From positions 42,266 to 106,265 of the forward strand of contig JBPOGF010000016.1 of NCBI GenBank assembly GCA_051251915.1: a DNA stretch of 64,000 nt, written 5' to 3'. The DNA is from Akkermansiaceae bacterium. Lineage in GTDB: Bacteria > Verrucomicrobiota > Verrucomicrobiia > Verrucomicrobiales > Akkermansiaceae. The translations under genes were made by a program, and so were the position numbers. Positions 46,467 to 56,572 of the stretch are shown piece after piece. Below the pieces are notes generated by a model. That model saw nothing but the letters and a program-made list of their open reading frames with translations, searched no databases and was not told where the DNA came from. The stretch's first letter is position 1; each line of letters starts with the position of its first letter.

Positions 46467-49010
46467 ATGGCAGCACAAAATAAATCCAAAAGGACAAACG
46501 AGGTGAGCACTAAACCGTCATGGTTTAATGAGGTGGTAGGTATAGGGATGATAGGGTTTGGGATTTTGTTGCTACTGGCGCTTATTTCATTTGATTACGG
46601 AGATGTGCCGGAATGGTTCTATGGACGAGAAAATGATGCGAGTCGTGCAACTTCAAATATGATTGGGATACTTGGGGCGATTATTGCTTGGGTGACTTTG
46701 TTGTTGTTCGGGGCGGCTGCATTCCTTATTTCGCTTGGGGTGATATGGTTGGGGACAGCGTATGCCTTTATGGAAGGGTCACTGACTCGTAGGACGTGGA
46801 TTGGGTTTATTTGTTTTGTGGTGATAGGTGCGTGTTTGTTGAGTGTGGGGGAGTTTTGGTCGGAGTGGGCTAGGCTATCTGGTTTGAGGAATTCTGGTGG
46901 TGTGATTGGTTATTTTTTGGGGACAGGAGTGTTTGAGAAATTGTTGAATAAAACTGGTGCGGTGATTGTGTTGTTTGTTGGATATGTGGCTGGGTTGATC
47001 ATGTTGACTGGTTTGAATCCGATTAAGTTTACAAAGCTTTCTTGGCAGAAATTTATCACATGGAAGAATGAGCGTGCTGAGCGTTTGGCACTGCAGCGGG
47101 AGAAAGATAATGCTAAGCAGAACCGCCGAGCTGAGAGAAGTTTTCTGACTGAACAGCGTATAGCAGCGAAGGAAGAGACAAAGTTGGAGTCTGATAAGAA
47201 GAGGGCACTAACGGCTGCAGAGGAGAAGAAGAAGGCGGCTGAAGAATTAGCGAAGCAAAAGGAAGAAGAAGCAAAGAATCCTCAGACAGTGATGGCTCTG
47301 AAGGAGACTCCTAAACCGCAAATCATTGATTCTGCACAGCGGAAGCGGCCAATGGCCGAGGTGGGTGCGAAACCATTTGAAAAGAAGAAAAAAGATCCTG
47401 ATGCGATTAGTTTATCTACGAATGCGTATGAGGACTATGAGACTCCGGGGTTTGATTTGCTTTCTTATGATGAGAGTGCGGAGGAGGAGCCAGAGGCAGA
47501 TAAGGAGGAATTGATCGCTACTCAGAAGATGATTGTGGATACGCTGAAGGCATTTGGTGTAGATGTTTCCGCGGGGGATATCACACGTGGACCTACGATT
47601 ACGCGTTATGAAGTTTATCCTAGTATGGGGCTGCGTGTGAGCAGGATTACCCAGTTGGAGGCGGATCTGGCGCGCGCGACTAAGGCGGAGCGAATCAATA
47701 TTTTGGCACCTATACCAGGTAAAGATACGGTGGGTATAGAGATTGCGAATGATAAGAAGGTGGCGGTGCCACTTCGTGAGTTGGTGCAGGACCCTGAGTT
47801 TACGAGTTCTAAGAAGAAGATACCTTTGGCATTGGGTAAGGATGTGTATGGAAATACGGTGATTGGTGACTTGGCGGCGATGCCTCATTTGCTGGTGGCT
47901 GGTGCTACTGGTGCGGGTAAGTCTGTGTGTATTAACTCAATTATTACGAGTATTTTGTTTAAATTTAGTCCAGATGAGCTGCGGTTTATTATGGTGGATC
48001 CGAAGGTGGTGGAGATGCAGATCTATGGCAAGCTTCCGCACTTAGTGGTGCCTGTGGTGACTGATCCTGCGAAGGTGGTGGCGGCGCTCAGATGGGTGGT
48101 GAATGAGATGGAGAAGCGGTATAAGATGTTCGCTAAGTGTGGGGTGAGGAATTTTGATGGTTATAATGATAGGCCTCGTCCTGAGAAGGAGGCGGAGCCT
48201 GAGACTCCAGATGTGGAGGAGGAATCTGAGGAGGAGCCAGATCCAGAGATGGTGGAGTCTATCGCGCGTGCGCTGGAGGATGGAGAGCTAGGGCCACCGA
48301 TGGAAATCGATGAGGACGAGTTAGAATTTACTGAAGATAAGCTGCCGGATCGTATTCCGTATATTGTGGTGATTATTGATGAGTTGGCTGATCTGATGCA
48401 GACGGCACCGGCGGATGTGGAGATGAATATTGCCCGTATTGCGCAGAAGGCGCGTGCGGCGGGGATTCACTTGATTATTGCGACTCAGACGCCACGTGCT
48501 GATGTGGTGACTGGTATTATTAAGGCTAACATTCCGAGTAGGATTGCGTTCCAGGTATCTAGTGCGCTGGATTCACGGGTTATTTTGGATACGAAGGGTG
48601 CTGATAAGTTGGTGGGTAAAGGTGATATGCTTTATCTGCCGCCGGGATCAGCTAAGCTTGAGCGTGCTCAGGGTGCGTTTGTTTCTGATGAGGAGGTGGA
48701 AGCGATTGTGGAGTATTGTTCGCAGCAGGGTGAGCAGAAATTTGAGAAATCAATTCAGGAGAGCATCGAAAAAGGCGGGTCTTCGGACGATGGTGGGAGC
48801 GATGTTTCTGATGCTGATGAAGAAGTGATTCAGAAGTGTCTAGAAGTGATTCATCAGGAGAAGAAGGCTAGTACTTCATTGCTGCAACGGAGGCTGAGAC
48901 TGGGTTACACACGCGCAGCTAGGATGATGGATATCTTGGAGGATCGCGGTATTATAGGGCCTGCTGATGGTGCTAAGGCTAGGGAGATCTTGATCGATGT
49001 GGGAGAGTAG
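46467..49010 (+). CDS. ftsK: DNA translocase FtsK
   Basis: N-terminal 4TM, MPHLLVAGATGAGKS, IIDELADLM, gamma domain STSLLQRRLRLGYTRAAR. Confidence 0.96.
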   Translation: MAAQNKSKRTNEVSTKPSWFNEVVGIGMIGFGILLLLALISFDYGDVPEWFYGRENDASRATSNMIGILGAIIAWVTLLLFGAAAFLISLGVIWLGTAYAFMEGSLTRRTWIGFICFVVIGACLLSVGEFWSEWARLSGLRNSGGVIGYFLGTGVFEKLLNKTGAVIVLFVGYVAGLIMLTGLNPIKFTKLSWQKFITWKNERAERLALQREKDNAKQNRRAERSFLTEQRIAAKEETKLESDKKRALTAAEEKKKAAEELAKQKEEEAKNPQTVMALKETPKPQIIDSAQRKRPMAEVGAKPFEKKKKDPDAISLSTNAYEDYETPGFDLLSYDESAEEEPEADKEELIATQKMIVDTLKAFGVDVSAGDITRGPTITRYEVYPSMGLRVSRITQLEADLARATKAERINILAPIPGKDTVGIEIANDKKVAVPLRELVQDPEFTSSKKKIPLALGKDVYGNTVIGDLAAMPHLLVAGATGAGKSVCINSIITSILFKFSPDELRFIMVDPKVVEMQIYGKLPHLVVPVVTDPAKVVAALRWVVNEMEKRYKMFAKCGVRNFDGYNDRPRPEKEAEPETPDVEEESEEEPDPEMVESIARALEDGELGPPMEIDEDELEFTEDKLPDRIPYIVVIIDELADLMQTAPADVEMNIARIAQKARAAGIHLIIATQTPRADVVTGIIKANIPSRIAFQVSSALDSRVILDTKGADKLVGKGDMLYLPPGSAKLERAQGAFVSDEEVEAIVEYCSQQGEQKFEKSIQESIEKGGSSDDGGSDVSDADEEVIQKCLEVIHQEKKASTSLLQRRLRLGYTRAARMMDILEDRGIIGPADGAKAREILIDVGE

Positions 49011-49025
49011 TTGCCTAGCTGTTTG

Positions 49026-50342
49026 TTATTTAGGGGCTCTTGCTAGGTTAGTGTGATTGTCTTGAGGCTGATCTTCATCAGAATCAGAATCGGCTTCGTG
49101 GGCCTTGCCTAGGTAGATGCCGAGGATGGCCCATAGGAGGCAGCATGCGGCGGCTATGCCGAAAATGGCTGGCAGTCCTAGTTTTGCAGATTCACTGAGG
49201 TAGGTGATGAGCCAGATCCAGCAGACGTCACCACCGCGGTAGACTGCGACGTCGATGATGGGTTTGGTTTTGAACCGGGCTTCACGGTCTACTGCTGTGA
49301 AGAGGATTTCACGTGCTGGTCTAGTTATGGCGTAATTTCCTGTGCGACGGACTACTTGCATCACCAATACGAAGATGATGGCAGGGTGCATGGCGACGAT
49401 GAGGAGTAGGGCGCAGACTATGAAGGGGACTAGAGAGAGAGTGGTGGGCATGCCGAATCTGCGGGCGATGCGGTTAGTAGCGAACATGCCGATGACGATG
49501 GTGAGGATGTTTGTGGCAAGTTCGACTGAGCCTAGGAGTTGTTTACGTTCTGGGCGCGAGAAGTCTGATAGTAGTTCAGTCTGGGCGAAGTAGAGGAATG
49601 CTGCTGCACCAGTGAACATGAAGACGAATCCGGAGATGTAGCAGAGGCGCTTGTGGGTGAGGAGCTCGATGAATCCGGCGAAGGGGTTAGGGCTAAGGTT
49701 TTGTTTTCGTTGTTCTTCAGGGCTTTCTTTTTTAGCGAACTCGGAGTTGAGAATGGCGATGAGGGGGATGGTGAGGAGGAGGACTCCGGCGGTGACTAAC
49801 AGGATGTTTTCTTCGTTGATTTTGCTTGATAGAAGGACGATCATCAGTGGGCCAAAGATGGCTCCGGCGCTGGCTCCAGTGTTAATGAATCCGAAGACGC
49901 GTTTACTTTGTTCTTTGTTGTAGTGCTGAGAAATAAAGCTCCAGAAAACGGAGATGTGGAAGAGTGAGAATACGCTGCTCCAGGTGTAGAAGACTTTTCC
50001 TAGGGTGCCGACTTCCATGAGCTTGCCTTGGAAGGCGATGTAGATACCGACGAAGGTGGCGGCGAAGAATATGAAGACTCCGGGGACGAGTTTGCGTAAT
50101 GAGATAGAGGCGGCGAAGACATTGTAAATGGAGACAGCAATGGTGGATACAATGAAGGTGTAGGTCCATTGATGAGCGAGGCTCATGCCACCCCAATCGC
50201 TGGGTAGAGCATCTCGCACTGGTTTCATGATCATGTAGGATGACATGAGTACGAAGATGAATAAGAAGGCTACTATGGCGGCCTTGAATTCTGATGGTTT
50301 GATCTGGGTGAGCCTGCTGAAGAAGTTGCTTTCTGATGACAT
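49026..50342 (-). CDS. NTP/NDP exchange (TLC/NTT-like) MFS transporter
   Basis: SYMIMKPVRDA, SVFWSF, QSKRVFG, YAITRPAREILF, KTKPIIDVAVYRGGD. Confidence 0.8.
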   Translation of the reverse strand: MSSESNFFSRLTQIKPSEFKAAIVAFLFIFVLMSSYMIMKPVRDALPSDWGGMSLAHQWTYTFIVSTIAVSIYNVFAASISLRKLVPGVFIFFAATFVGIYIAFQGKLMEVGTLGKVFYTWSSVFSLFHISVFWSFISQHYNKEQSKRVFGFINTGASAGAIFGPLMIVLLSSKINEENILLVTAGVLLLTIPLIAILNSEFAKKESPEEQRKQNLSPNPFAGFIELLTHKRLCYISGFVFMFTGAAAFLYFAQTELLSDFSRPERKQLLGSVELATNILTIVIGMFATNRIARRFGMPTTLSLVPFIVCALLLIVAMHPAIIFVLVMQVVRRTGNYAITRPAREILFTAVDREARFKTKPIIDVAVYRGGDVCWIWLITYLSESAKLGLPAIFGIAAACCLLWAILGIYLGKAHEADSDSDEDQPQDNHTNLARAPK

Positions 50343-50494
50343 AGAGTTAGTGTGATCGTGTAAATTTTTAAAGGAGAGGGGGTTAGTTTCTGTTACTTAT
50401 CAATTACGATTATTTCAGAGCCTTCTGTCAACTAGGAGGTAGGTATGACAGTTTATTTTTGTATTGGGGAGGGCGGAGTTTTTTTGATTTGGTT

Positions 50495-50791
50495 TTAGAG
50501 GTCGAAGTCGAAGACTACGAGACGTTCTAGTCTGGGTTGGACTAGGTCTACTACTTTGAGGTGGTCTGGGTGTGGGAGGTAGTTGTCGCGGTCTGCTGCT
50601 GAGTCGAATGTCATGATGAAGCCGTGGGTGAAGCCGTCGTTTAGGCCTTCGTCAGATTTATAGGGGCCGTGTTCGACGGATTGGAGGCCGGGGATTTTAT
50701 TTTTGAGGTCAACGAGTGCGACGAAAGATTCATCGATTTCTGCTTGGGTGATTTCTGGTTTAAAGTGGAATACTCCGAAGTGTCTTGTCAT
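50495..50791 (-). CDS. Dabb-family stress-responsive A/B barrel protein
   Basis: RHFGVFHFK, IPG, GFTHGF, YLPHPDH, VFDF. Confidence 0.9.
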   Translation of the reverse strand: MTRHFGVFHFKPEITQAEIDESFVALVDLKNKIPGLQSVEHGPYKSDEGLNDGFTHGFIMTFDSAADRDNYLPHPDHLKVVDLVQPRLERLVVFDFDL

Positions 50792-50815
50792 GGTATTTAT
50801 TAGTTATTGTTGGTG

Positions 50816-52027
50816 TTAGTTTTGGATGAAGATGTGTGTTCCTTTTTTGTTAGAGATGGCTACGTCAATTTTGCCGTCGTTGTTGAGGTCTGCTGTTGAG
50901 ATTTGGCGGCCTACGCCTGAGTCGTCGTCGATGAGGTGTGGGGTGAATGTGGTGCCAGATTCTGATCTGGTGGTGCGGAACCAGTAGAGGACGGCTGGGT
51001 CATTGGCTCCGGGGTCTTTTCCGCCGTGGGCGAAGAAGCATTTACCGGTGATGATGTCTTTGATGCCGTCGCCATCTATGTCTGCGCATGCCATAGCGTG
51101 GGGTTGGGAGAATGATAGGATTTGGGGGTCGGTGGATGGGGTGGTGGGCATGATGATGTGTTGTTTGAAGGTGATGGCACCTGCAGGGGTTTTGATTTGT
51201 TCATACCATGCTAGTCCGTATCCGTGGGCGTCTAGGGCGGTGACTACGTCTGTGTCTCCGTCTCCATCGATGTCATAGCCGTACATTTGTGCTCCGCCTT
51301 TTGCTGGGGCGAAGTCGTAGGGGTGGAATTTCCAGGGGACGGTGCGATCCCATGCTTCTGGTTGTTCCCACCAGCCGGCTTTTTCGAGGATGTCTGGGAG
51401 GTTGTCACCGTTGATGTCTGCTGCGCCTAGACCGTGGGCGTAGACTTTAAAGCGTTTGTTTTTAGGTGAGACGTTGTAGACGATCCATGGTTCTTTGGGG
51501 TTAGTGGCTGGTTGGGCGAGGGTGATGTGGTTTTTGGAGTAGGCGAGGAGTTGTTTTGGTTGATCTGGGAGTATGCTGAGTAGTTGGGGGGATTCGTTGC
51601 AGATGTTTGTCTGGGCTTGGCAGTGTTCGCAGGAGTGTTTGGTGTTGTCTGGGGCGAATGGTTTTTCACCTGGGTTGACGGCGAGGTGGGCGGGTTTGTT
51701 GGGGAGTCCTACTTTGAGGATGTCTGGCCATTTGTCTTGGGTGATGAGGGAGGGGAAGGTGAAGAAGTTGTTAGAGTATCCTGAGAGGCCTTTTCCTTTG
51801 ATGGGGAACACTTTGTAGGGGGCGTATGCGTGTGAGGTTTTGAAGTCTGGGCCTTGCCACCAGAGTGGTCCTGCGATGATGTCTAGGTGACCGTCAGCAT
51901 TGATGTCTGCGATGGATGCTCCTTCAGAGATGTAGTCTGTGGAGAGTGATTGCTTTTTGAATGTGACGCTTTCATTTGCTCCAGCGAGGAGGCTGAGGTG
52001 AAGGGCTAGGATAACTTGTAGTTTCAT
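50816..52027 (-). CDS. Secreted FG-GAP/VCBS repeat protein
   Basis: Five DxNxDG.xD-type repeats (ADINADGHLD, DINGDNLPD, DIDGDGDTD, DIDGDGIKD, DLNNDGKID). Confidence 0.88.
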   Translation of the reverse strand: MKLQVILALHLSLLAGANESVTFKKQSLSTDYISEGASIADINADGHLDIIAGPLWWQGPDFKTSHAYAPYKVFPIKGKGLSGYSNNFFTFPSLITQDKWPDILKVGLPNKPAHLAVNPGEKPFAPDNTKHSCEHCQAQTNICNESPQLLSILPDQPKQLLAYSKNHITLAQPATNPKEPWIVYNVSPKNKRFKVYAHGLGAADINGDNLPDILEKAGWWEQPEAWDRTVPWKFHPYDFAPAKGGAQMYGYDIDGDGDTDVVTALDAHGYGLAWYEQIKTPAGAITFKQHIIMPTTPSTDPQILSFSQPHAMACADIDGDGIKDIITGKCFFAHGGKDPGANDPAVLYWFRTTRSESGTTFTPHLIDDDSGVGRQISTADLNNDGKIDVAISNKKGTHIFIQN

Positions 52028-53238
52028 TATGATGATTGTTTGATGAGTTCTAGGAGCTTGTGGGCTGCTGCTTTGGCGAAGGTTTCGCTGTTGATGGGTT
52101 CGTTGTAGTCGATGACTGGGACTGTGGCGTTTTGGTGAATGGCGCTGAAGAGTGCTTCGTCGGCTGTGGGGTCGTGGAAGGGTTGACCTTCTGCTGAGAT
52201 GACGCTGACGGTTTTGAGCGGGTTTAGGATGACGGTTGGAGCTGGGTTTGCGTTTGCTTTCTGTGCGATTATTTTACCTAATTGGGCGCATTCTTCTGCA
52301 TTGGTGCGCATGAGGGTGACTTGTGGGTTGTGGATGTAGAAGAGGCGGTCAGCGTATTTTGGAGGGACGGTGTCTTGTTCTCCGAAGTTAGCCATGTCTA
52401 GGCATCCTGGTGCGATGACGGCGGGGATTTTGGCTTTGGTCATGGCGTCCATGCGTGTGGGGCCAGCGGAGAGGGTTGCTCCGGTGAGCTCGTCTGCCCA
52501 TTCTGTGGTGGTGAGGTCTAGGAGGCCTTTTACCATTCCGGATTCGATGAGTGCTTCCATGGTTTTTCCGCCTGTGCCTGTGGCGTGGAAGACGAGGACT
52601 TCGTAGCCGGCGTCTTCTAGGACGTTTTTGGCGATGTTGATACAGTCTGTGGTGTTGCCGAACATGGAGGCTGCGATGAGTGGTTTGTCATTTGAGGTGT
52701 CGATGACGGCTTCGATCATGCCGCAGATGGCTCCTGCTGCGCGGGTGAAGATGGTTTTAGAGATGGAGTTTAGGCCTGCGACGTCTACGATGGATGGGAT
52801 CATGGTGATGTCTTTTGTTCCTAGGTAGTGGGCGGTGTTTCCGCTAGCTAGGGTGGAGACCATGACCTTTGGGAAGCCGATGGGGAGTTCGCGCATGCAT
52901 GAGGTGGCGAGGGCTGTGCCTCCTCCTCCGCCGAGTGATATGATGCCGTCGATTTTGCCTTGTTCTTGGAGTTGCTTGACGAGGATGGGGGCGGCTTTTG
53001 CCATGGCTACTACGCAGGCGCCACGGTCTTGGGCGTCTAGTAGTGGTTGTAGGTCTAGGTTTGCGGCTTTGGCGACATCGTATCTGGTGATGTCTGGTTT
53101 GATTTGTGGATCTGAGCCTGTGCCGAGGTCGATGAGGGTGACTTGGTGGCCGAGGGCTAGGATTTGGTCTGCCACGAACTGGTGTTCGTGACCTTTGGAG
53201 TCTAGGGTGCCGAGGACGGCGATATTTTTAGCAGCCAT
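52027..53238 (-). CDS. Tm-1-like ATP-binding domain protein (UPF0261)
   Basis: GTLDSKGHE, SLGGGGGT, LPIGFPKVMVST, SMFGNTT, FHATGTGG, DLTTTE, HNPQVTLMRT. Confidence 0.9.
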   Translation of the reverse strand: MAAKNIAVLGTLDSKGHEHQFVADQILALGHQVTLIDLGTGSDPQIKPDITRYDVAKAANLDLQPLLDAQDRGACVVAMAKAAPILVKQLQEQGKIDGIISLGGGGGTALATSCMRELPIGFPKVMVSTLASGNTAHYLGTKDITMIPSIVDVAGLNSISKTIFTRAAGAICGMIEAVIDTSNDKPLIAASMFGNTTDCINIAKNVLEDAGYEVLVFHATGTGGKTMEALIESGMVKGLLDLTTTEWADELTGATLSAGPTRMDAMTKAKIPAVIAPGCLDMANFGEQDTVPPKYADRLFYIHNPQVTLMRTNAEECAQLGKIIAQKANANPAPTVILNPLKTVSVISAEGQPFHDPTADEALFSAIHQNATVPVIDYNEPINSETFAKAAAHKLLELIKQSS

Positions 53239-53256
53239 GGTGTTTTGTAGAGGGGT

Positions 53257-54129
53257 TTATTTGATGCGTTTTACTGGGATGGATTTGAATTCTCTTGTGA
53301 GGTTGGTGATGGATGATTCTACAGCCATGCGCTCGATGGATGATGCGCCTACGAAGCCTACGGTGTCAGTGTGTTCGTTGATGTATGCTGCATCGGCAGG
53401 GGTTAGGATGGGGCCGCCGTGTGAGAGGACGAGGCAGTCTTTGTTGACTGAGTGAACTGCTTCACAGATGTCTTGAGTGGCTTTTGCTGCTTGTTCTAGG
53501 CCGATGGAGGCGTCACTGACTCCGATGGAGCCACCGACTGTGCAGCCGACGTGTGCGATGACTACGTCTGCTCCGGCTCTGGCCATGGCAGCGGCTTCTT
53601 CTGGTTTGGCGACGTAGGTGATGGAGAATAGGTCCATTTTGGATGTGGCTAGTTCTACGCAGTCGATTTCTTTTTGGACGCCCATGTTGGTTTCTTTGAT
53701 GGACTGTCCGAACTGGCCGTCGACGATTGTGTGTGTGGGGAAATTATTGATTCCTGAGAAGCCCATGTCTTTTACTTGCTTGAGGAAATGCCACATACGG
53801 CGGCGTGGGTCTGAGGCGTGGACGCCGCAGATCACCGGGATTTCGTTTACTACTGGGAGAACCTCGAATTCACCGATGTCCATGGAGATAGCGTTGGCGT
53901 CACCGTATGCCATCATGCCGGCAATGGAGCCAGCTCCGGCCATACGGAAGCGGCCGGATGCGTAGATGATGATGAGGTCTGCGCCCCCTTTTTCGATGAA
54001 CTTAGCGGAGATTCCTGTGCCGGCACCTGCAACGATGATGGGTTCTCCTTTAGCGAGGGTGTCGCGTAAACGTTGGTTGACTTCATCTTTGGTGTATGGA
54101 TTTCCGATTCCGGTGTATGGATTAGGCAT
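53257..54129 (-). CDS. Phosphoenolpyruvate hydrolase-like / TIM-barrel signal transduction (TBST) protein
   Basis: GAGTGISAK..EKGGAD, SGRFRMAG, AYGDAN, NFPT, HGGPI, GFVGASSIER. Confidence 0.88.
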   Translation of the reverse strand: MPNPYTGIGNPYTKDEVNQRLRDTLAKGEPIIVAGAGTGISAKFIEKGGADLIIIYASGRFRMAGAGSIAGMMAYGDANAISMDIGEFEVLPVVNEIPVICGVHASDPRRRMWHFLKQVKDMGFSGINNFPTHTIVDGQFGQSIKETNMGVQKEIDCVELATSKMDLFSITYVAKPEEAAAMARAGADVVIAHVGCTVGGSIGVSDASIGLEQAAKATQDICEAVHSVNKDCLVLSHGGPILTPADAAYINEHTDTVGFVGASSIERMAVESSITNLTREFKSIPVKRIK

Positions 54130-54286
54130 GGTAGTTTCTCTGTTTGTTGTGGTTAATTATTTGATAAGGATAGTGAATATCGCATAATGATCAATATAGT
54201 AATCTCCACAACATTATATCCAAAATACACATTAAGTTACATTTTTGTCTGTTGACTGACTGAGAGCTTATTTTATATATACTTAT

Positions 54287-55144
54287 ATGTTTAGAAGTAA
54301 TGACGCGAGGGTATATGGTGATAAATCCACATGGTTTGCTGTTTCTTCTGTAGAGAATGAAACGCGAACTTTGTTGAGGAAGGCTGCATTTTGTCATTGG
54401 CTAGGGTTGTATCAGATTCAGCATGTGGGGGTCATGACGGCTTATTATCCTTACGAGGTGAGGAGGGTCGACCCGAGCGGTACCTATATGATGTCAGTGT
54501 TAGAGGGCTATGGTGAGGTGTTGATGGATGGAGGTTGGCAGACATTAAAGGCGGGAGAGGCATGCTTGCTGGCTCCTTATATGTTTAATGCATTCCGATG
54601 CGTTGAGGGGGGGGCTTGGAAATTTGTATGGGTGCGCTACGGTGAGGAGAAAGGGGTGCAGCCTATTGCTGATACGAGTGCTCCTGTGAGAGGTATGTTA
54701 GATGGGCGCGCACTTGAGTGTGCTGTGATGGGCTTGCGATACGAAATGGCAAGTGGTAAGAGTGATGAGCTTGCTGGGGTTTGGGCTGATTTGATTCATC
54801 GGCATGTTTTGGGGTTTGCTAGGCCGGTGGACTTGGATCCAAGGTTGTGGAGAGTTTGGCGGCATGTGGATGTTAATTTAGGCAAAAGCTGGACATTAGC
54901 TGAGCTGGCTGAAATAGGGATAATGAGTGAGGAGCATTTGCGCCGACTCTGTAAGAAACAGTTAGGACGTAGTCCGATGCAGCATTTGATTTATCTGAGA
55001 ATGCTTGCAGCTAGAGAGTTATTGATTTCTTCTAATCTGAAAGTGGAAGTGATCGCTAAGAAGGTGGGCTATGCTAATGCGTTTACTTTCTCGAATACTT
55101 TTAAGAAATGGCTAGGTGTGAGACCTAGTAAGTTACGTGATTAG
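54287..55144 (+). CDS. AraC-family transcriptional regulator
   Basis: N-terminal cupin; WTLAELA...SEEHLRR, IAKKVGY.NAFTFSNTFKK..G.RPS. Confidence 0.92.
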   Translation: MFRSNDARVYGDKSTWFAVSSVENETRTLLRKAAFCHWLGLYQIQHVGVMTAYYPYEVRRVDPSGTYMMSVLEGYGEVLMDGGWQTLKAGEACLLAPYMFNAFRCVEGGAWKFVWVRYGEEKGVQPIADTSAPVRGMLDGRALECAVMGLRYEMASGKSDELAGVWADLIHRHVLGFARPVDLDPRLWRVWRHVDVNLGKSWTLAELAEIGIMSEEHLRRLCKKQLGRSPMQHLIYLRMLAARELLISSNLKVEVIAKKVGYANAFTFSNTFKKWLGVRPSKLRD

Positions 55145-55177
55145 CGGGATCATAGTGAAGATCTCGTTAGAGATAAT

Positions 55178-55210
55178 AAAAAAGACACCTTATAAAAGGT
55201 GTCTTTTTTT
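55178..55210. terminator. Bidirectional terminator between araC and tRNA-Ser
   Basis: AAAAAAGACACCTT-ATAA-AAGGTGTCTTTTTT. Confidence 0.85.
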
Positions 55211-55212
55211 AA

Positions 55213-55302
55213 TGGCGGGTCAGCAGGGATTCGAACCCTGGATACCATCACTGGTATACTCCCTTAGCAGGGGAGCGCTTTCGACCACTCAGCCACTGAC
55301 CC
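55213..55302 (-). tRNA. tRNA-Ser (GCT)
   Basis: Acceptor stem GGGTCAG/CTGACCC + GCCA, anticodon arm CTCCC-CT GCT AA-GGGAG, long variable arm, GGTTCGAATCC T-loop; 90 nt. Confidence 0.97.
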
Positions 55303-55428
55303 GTGAGTTGAACGTTGTCGAACTGCGAAGAGAAAAAACATACCTTGAGACTTTCGTCAATACTATGATTGTATTTTAATGCATTTTTTTTGCTGTGAGG
55401 ATTGAGTGTAGCCTTTATGATCGTTCGT

Positions 55429-55821
55429 ATGATGAATCATTTTTTTAGTCTATACGCGTTCACTGGGATGCTGTTTTTGAGTTCGTGTGCTGGTAATAAG
55501 CTGGTTGAGGTGGAAGAGCAGGAGGAAATTCAGCCAGATAGGATGGTGGCGAGGGTGAGCTCGGTGAATGAAGCGGCAGAGTATGTGTTGATCCAGAGGT
55601 TTGGGAGGCTGGTCATTCCAGAAGATTCTATTTTGTATACTTTGGATTCTAGTATGGGGGGGAGCAATACGACGGCGAGTATTAAGCTGACCGGAGAGAA
55701 GTTAGGTCAGTTTTTAGCTGCTGATATTATATCGGGTGAATTGATAGTTGGGGATGCTGTTTATTTAAGAACTTTTGAAAAAATGGGGGCTACTGATAGT
55801 CAAGAAACCTTGATAAATTAG
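55429..55821 (+). CDS. Hypothetical lipoprotein
   Basis: Lipobox LFLSSC; beta-rich body. Confidence 0.7.
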   Translation: MMNHFFSLYAFTGMLFLSSCAGNKLVEVEEQEEIQPDRMVARVSSVNEAAEYVLIQRFGRLVIPEDSILYTLDSSMGGSNTTASIKLTGEKLGQFLAADIISGELIVGDAVYLRTFEKMGATDSQETLIN

Positions 55822-55969
55822 ATAAACATAAAACATTTCTTATATTTTGCGTATGTAAGCCCCTCGTTTTTAGTATAAACTCATTAAAATTTAAAAAATA
55901 TTAACTATTTTAAAAAATAAGCTTGTAGTAAAGCAGAGTTTTAAATTAAAGTCTCCTTACGGATAGAGA

Positions 55970-55992
55970 ATTGCTTAGACCTACTAAACAGT
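55970..55992 (+). promoter_or_regulatory. Candidate MarR autoregulatory operator
   Basis: Imperfect palindrome ATTGCTTAG-N5-CTAAACAGT (7/9) about 20 bp upstream of the marR ATG. Confidence 0.35.
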
Positions 55993-56013
55993 GAAACTAT
56001 CCAAACTAGCAAT

Positions 56014-56460
56014 ATGAAAACAACAATACAACAAGGTGGATCAAGTTCCGAAGCAGAAAGATTAGCAGATTTCGTTCTGTTTACTCAACGGTCTTGTATC
56101 CTTAACCTTGCGTCAGAGCTGAATAAGGGAAATGTTTCATTTCCTCAGTTCTTCCTTCTCACTTATTTATCAAGTGAGGAGTATCTAACCATGTCTGACA
56201 TAGCTAAGAAGATGGGTCATTCTACAGCGGCTGCAACTGGCCTCGTAGATAGACTTGAGAAGCTTAATTATGTCGAGCGAGTTCACGCTGCTGAAGATCG
56301 CCGTAAGATTATGGTTCGCATTACATCACACGGAGTAGACCTAGTGTCTAAGATGCGTGGCGAAATCGCTATTAATCTAGCCGATGTGATGTCAGAAATG
56401 GATGAAGAAGAAACTGATACAGTGAATCACGCAAGAGCTGCACTGAATCGTAATCTTTAG
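56014..56460 (+). CDS. MarR-family transcriptional regulator
   Basis: LTMSDIA...ATGLVDRLEK..YVER....DRR. Confidence 0.92.
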   Translation: MKTTIQQGGSSSEAERLADFVLFTQRSCILNLASELNKGNVSFPQFFLLTYLSSEEYLTMSDIAKKMGHSTAAATGLVDRLEKLNYVERVHAAEDRRKIMVRITSHGVDLVSKMRGEIAINLADVMSEMDEEETDTVNHARAALNRNL

Positions 56461-56507
56461 AAACATATTCTATAAGTTACTATTCCCCATGAATGAGAAT
56501 TCATACA

Positions 56508-56536
56508 GGGTGCGCCTGATAAGGCGCACCTTTTTT
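56508..56536 (+). terminator. Terminator after marR
   Basis: GGTGCGCCT-GATA-AGGCGCACC-TTTTTT. Confidence 0.8.
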
Positions 56537-56572
56537 ATTGCAGAATTATGAGGGTAGGATGTAGTGGTGGTG

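Noticed and set aside
49026..55302. Genomic island integrated at the tRNA-Ser 3' end carrying the Tm-1-like operon
   Set aside because: No duplicated tRNA 3' end found, no integrase, the native terminator directly follows the tRNA, and composition is host-like.
55137..55379. 80-aa ORF on the + strand
   Set aside because: It is the antisense reading of tRNA-Ser and its terminator.
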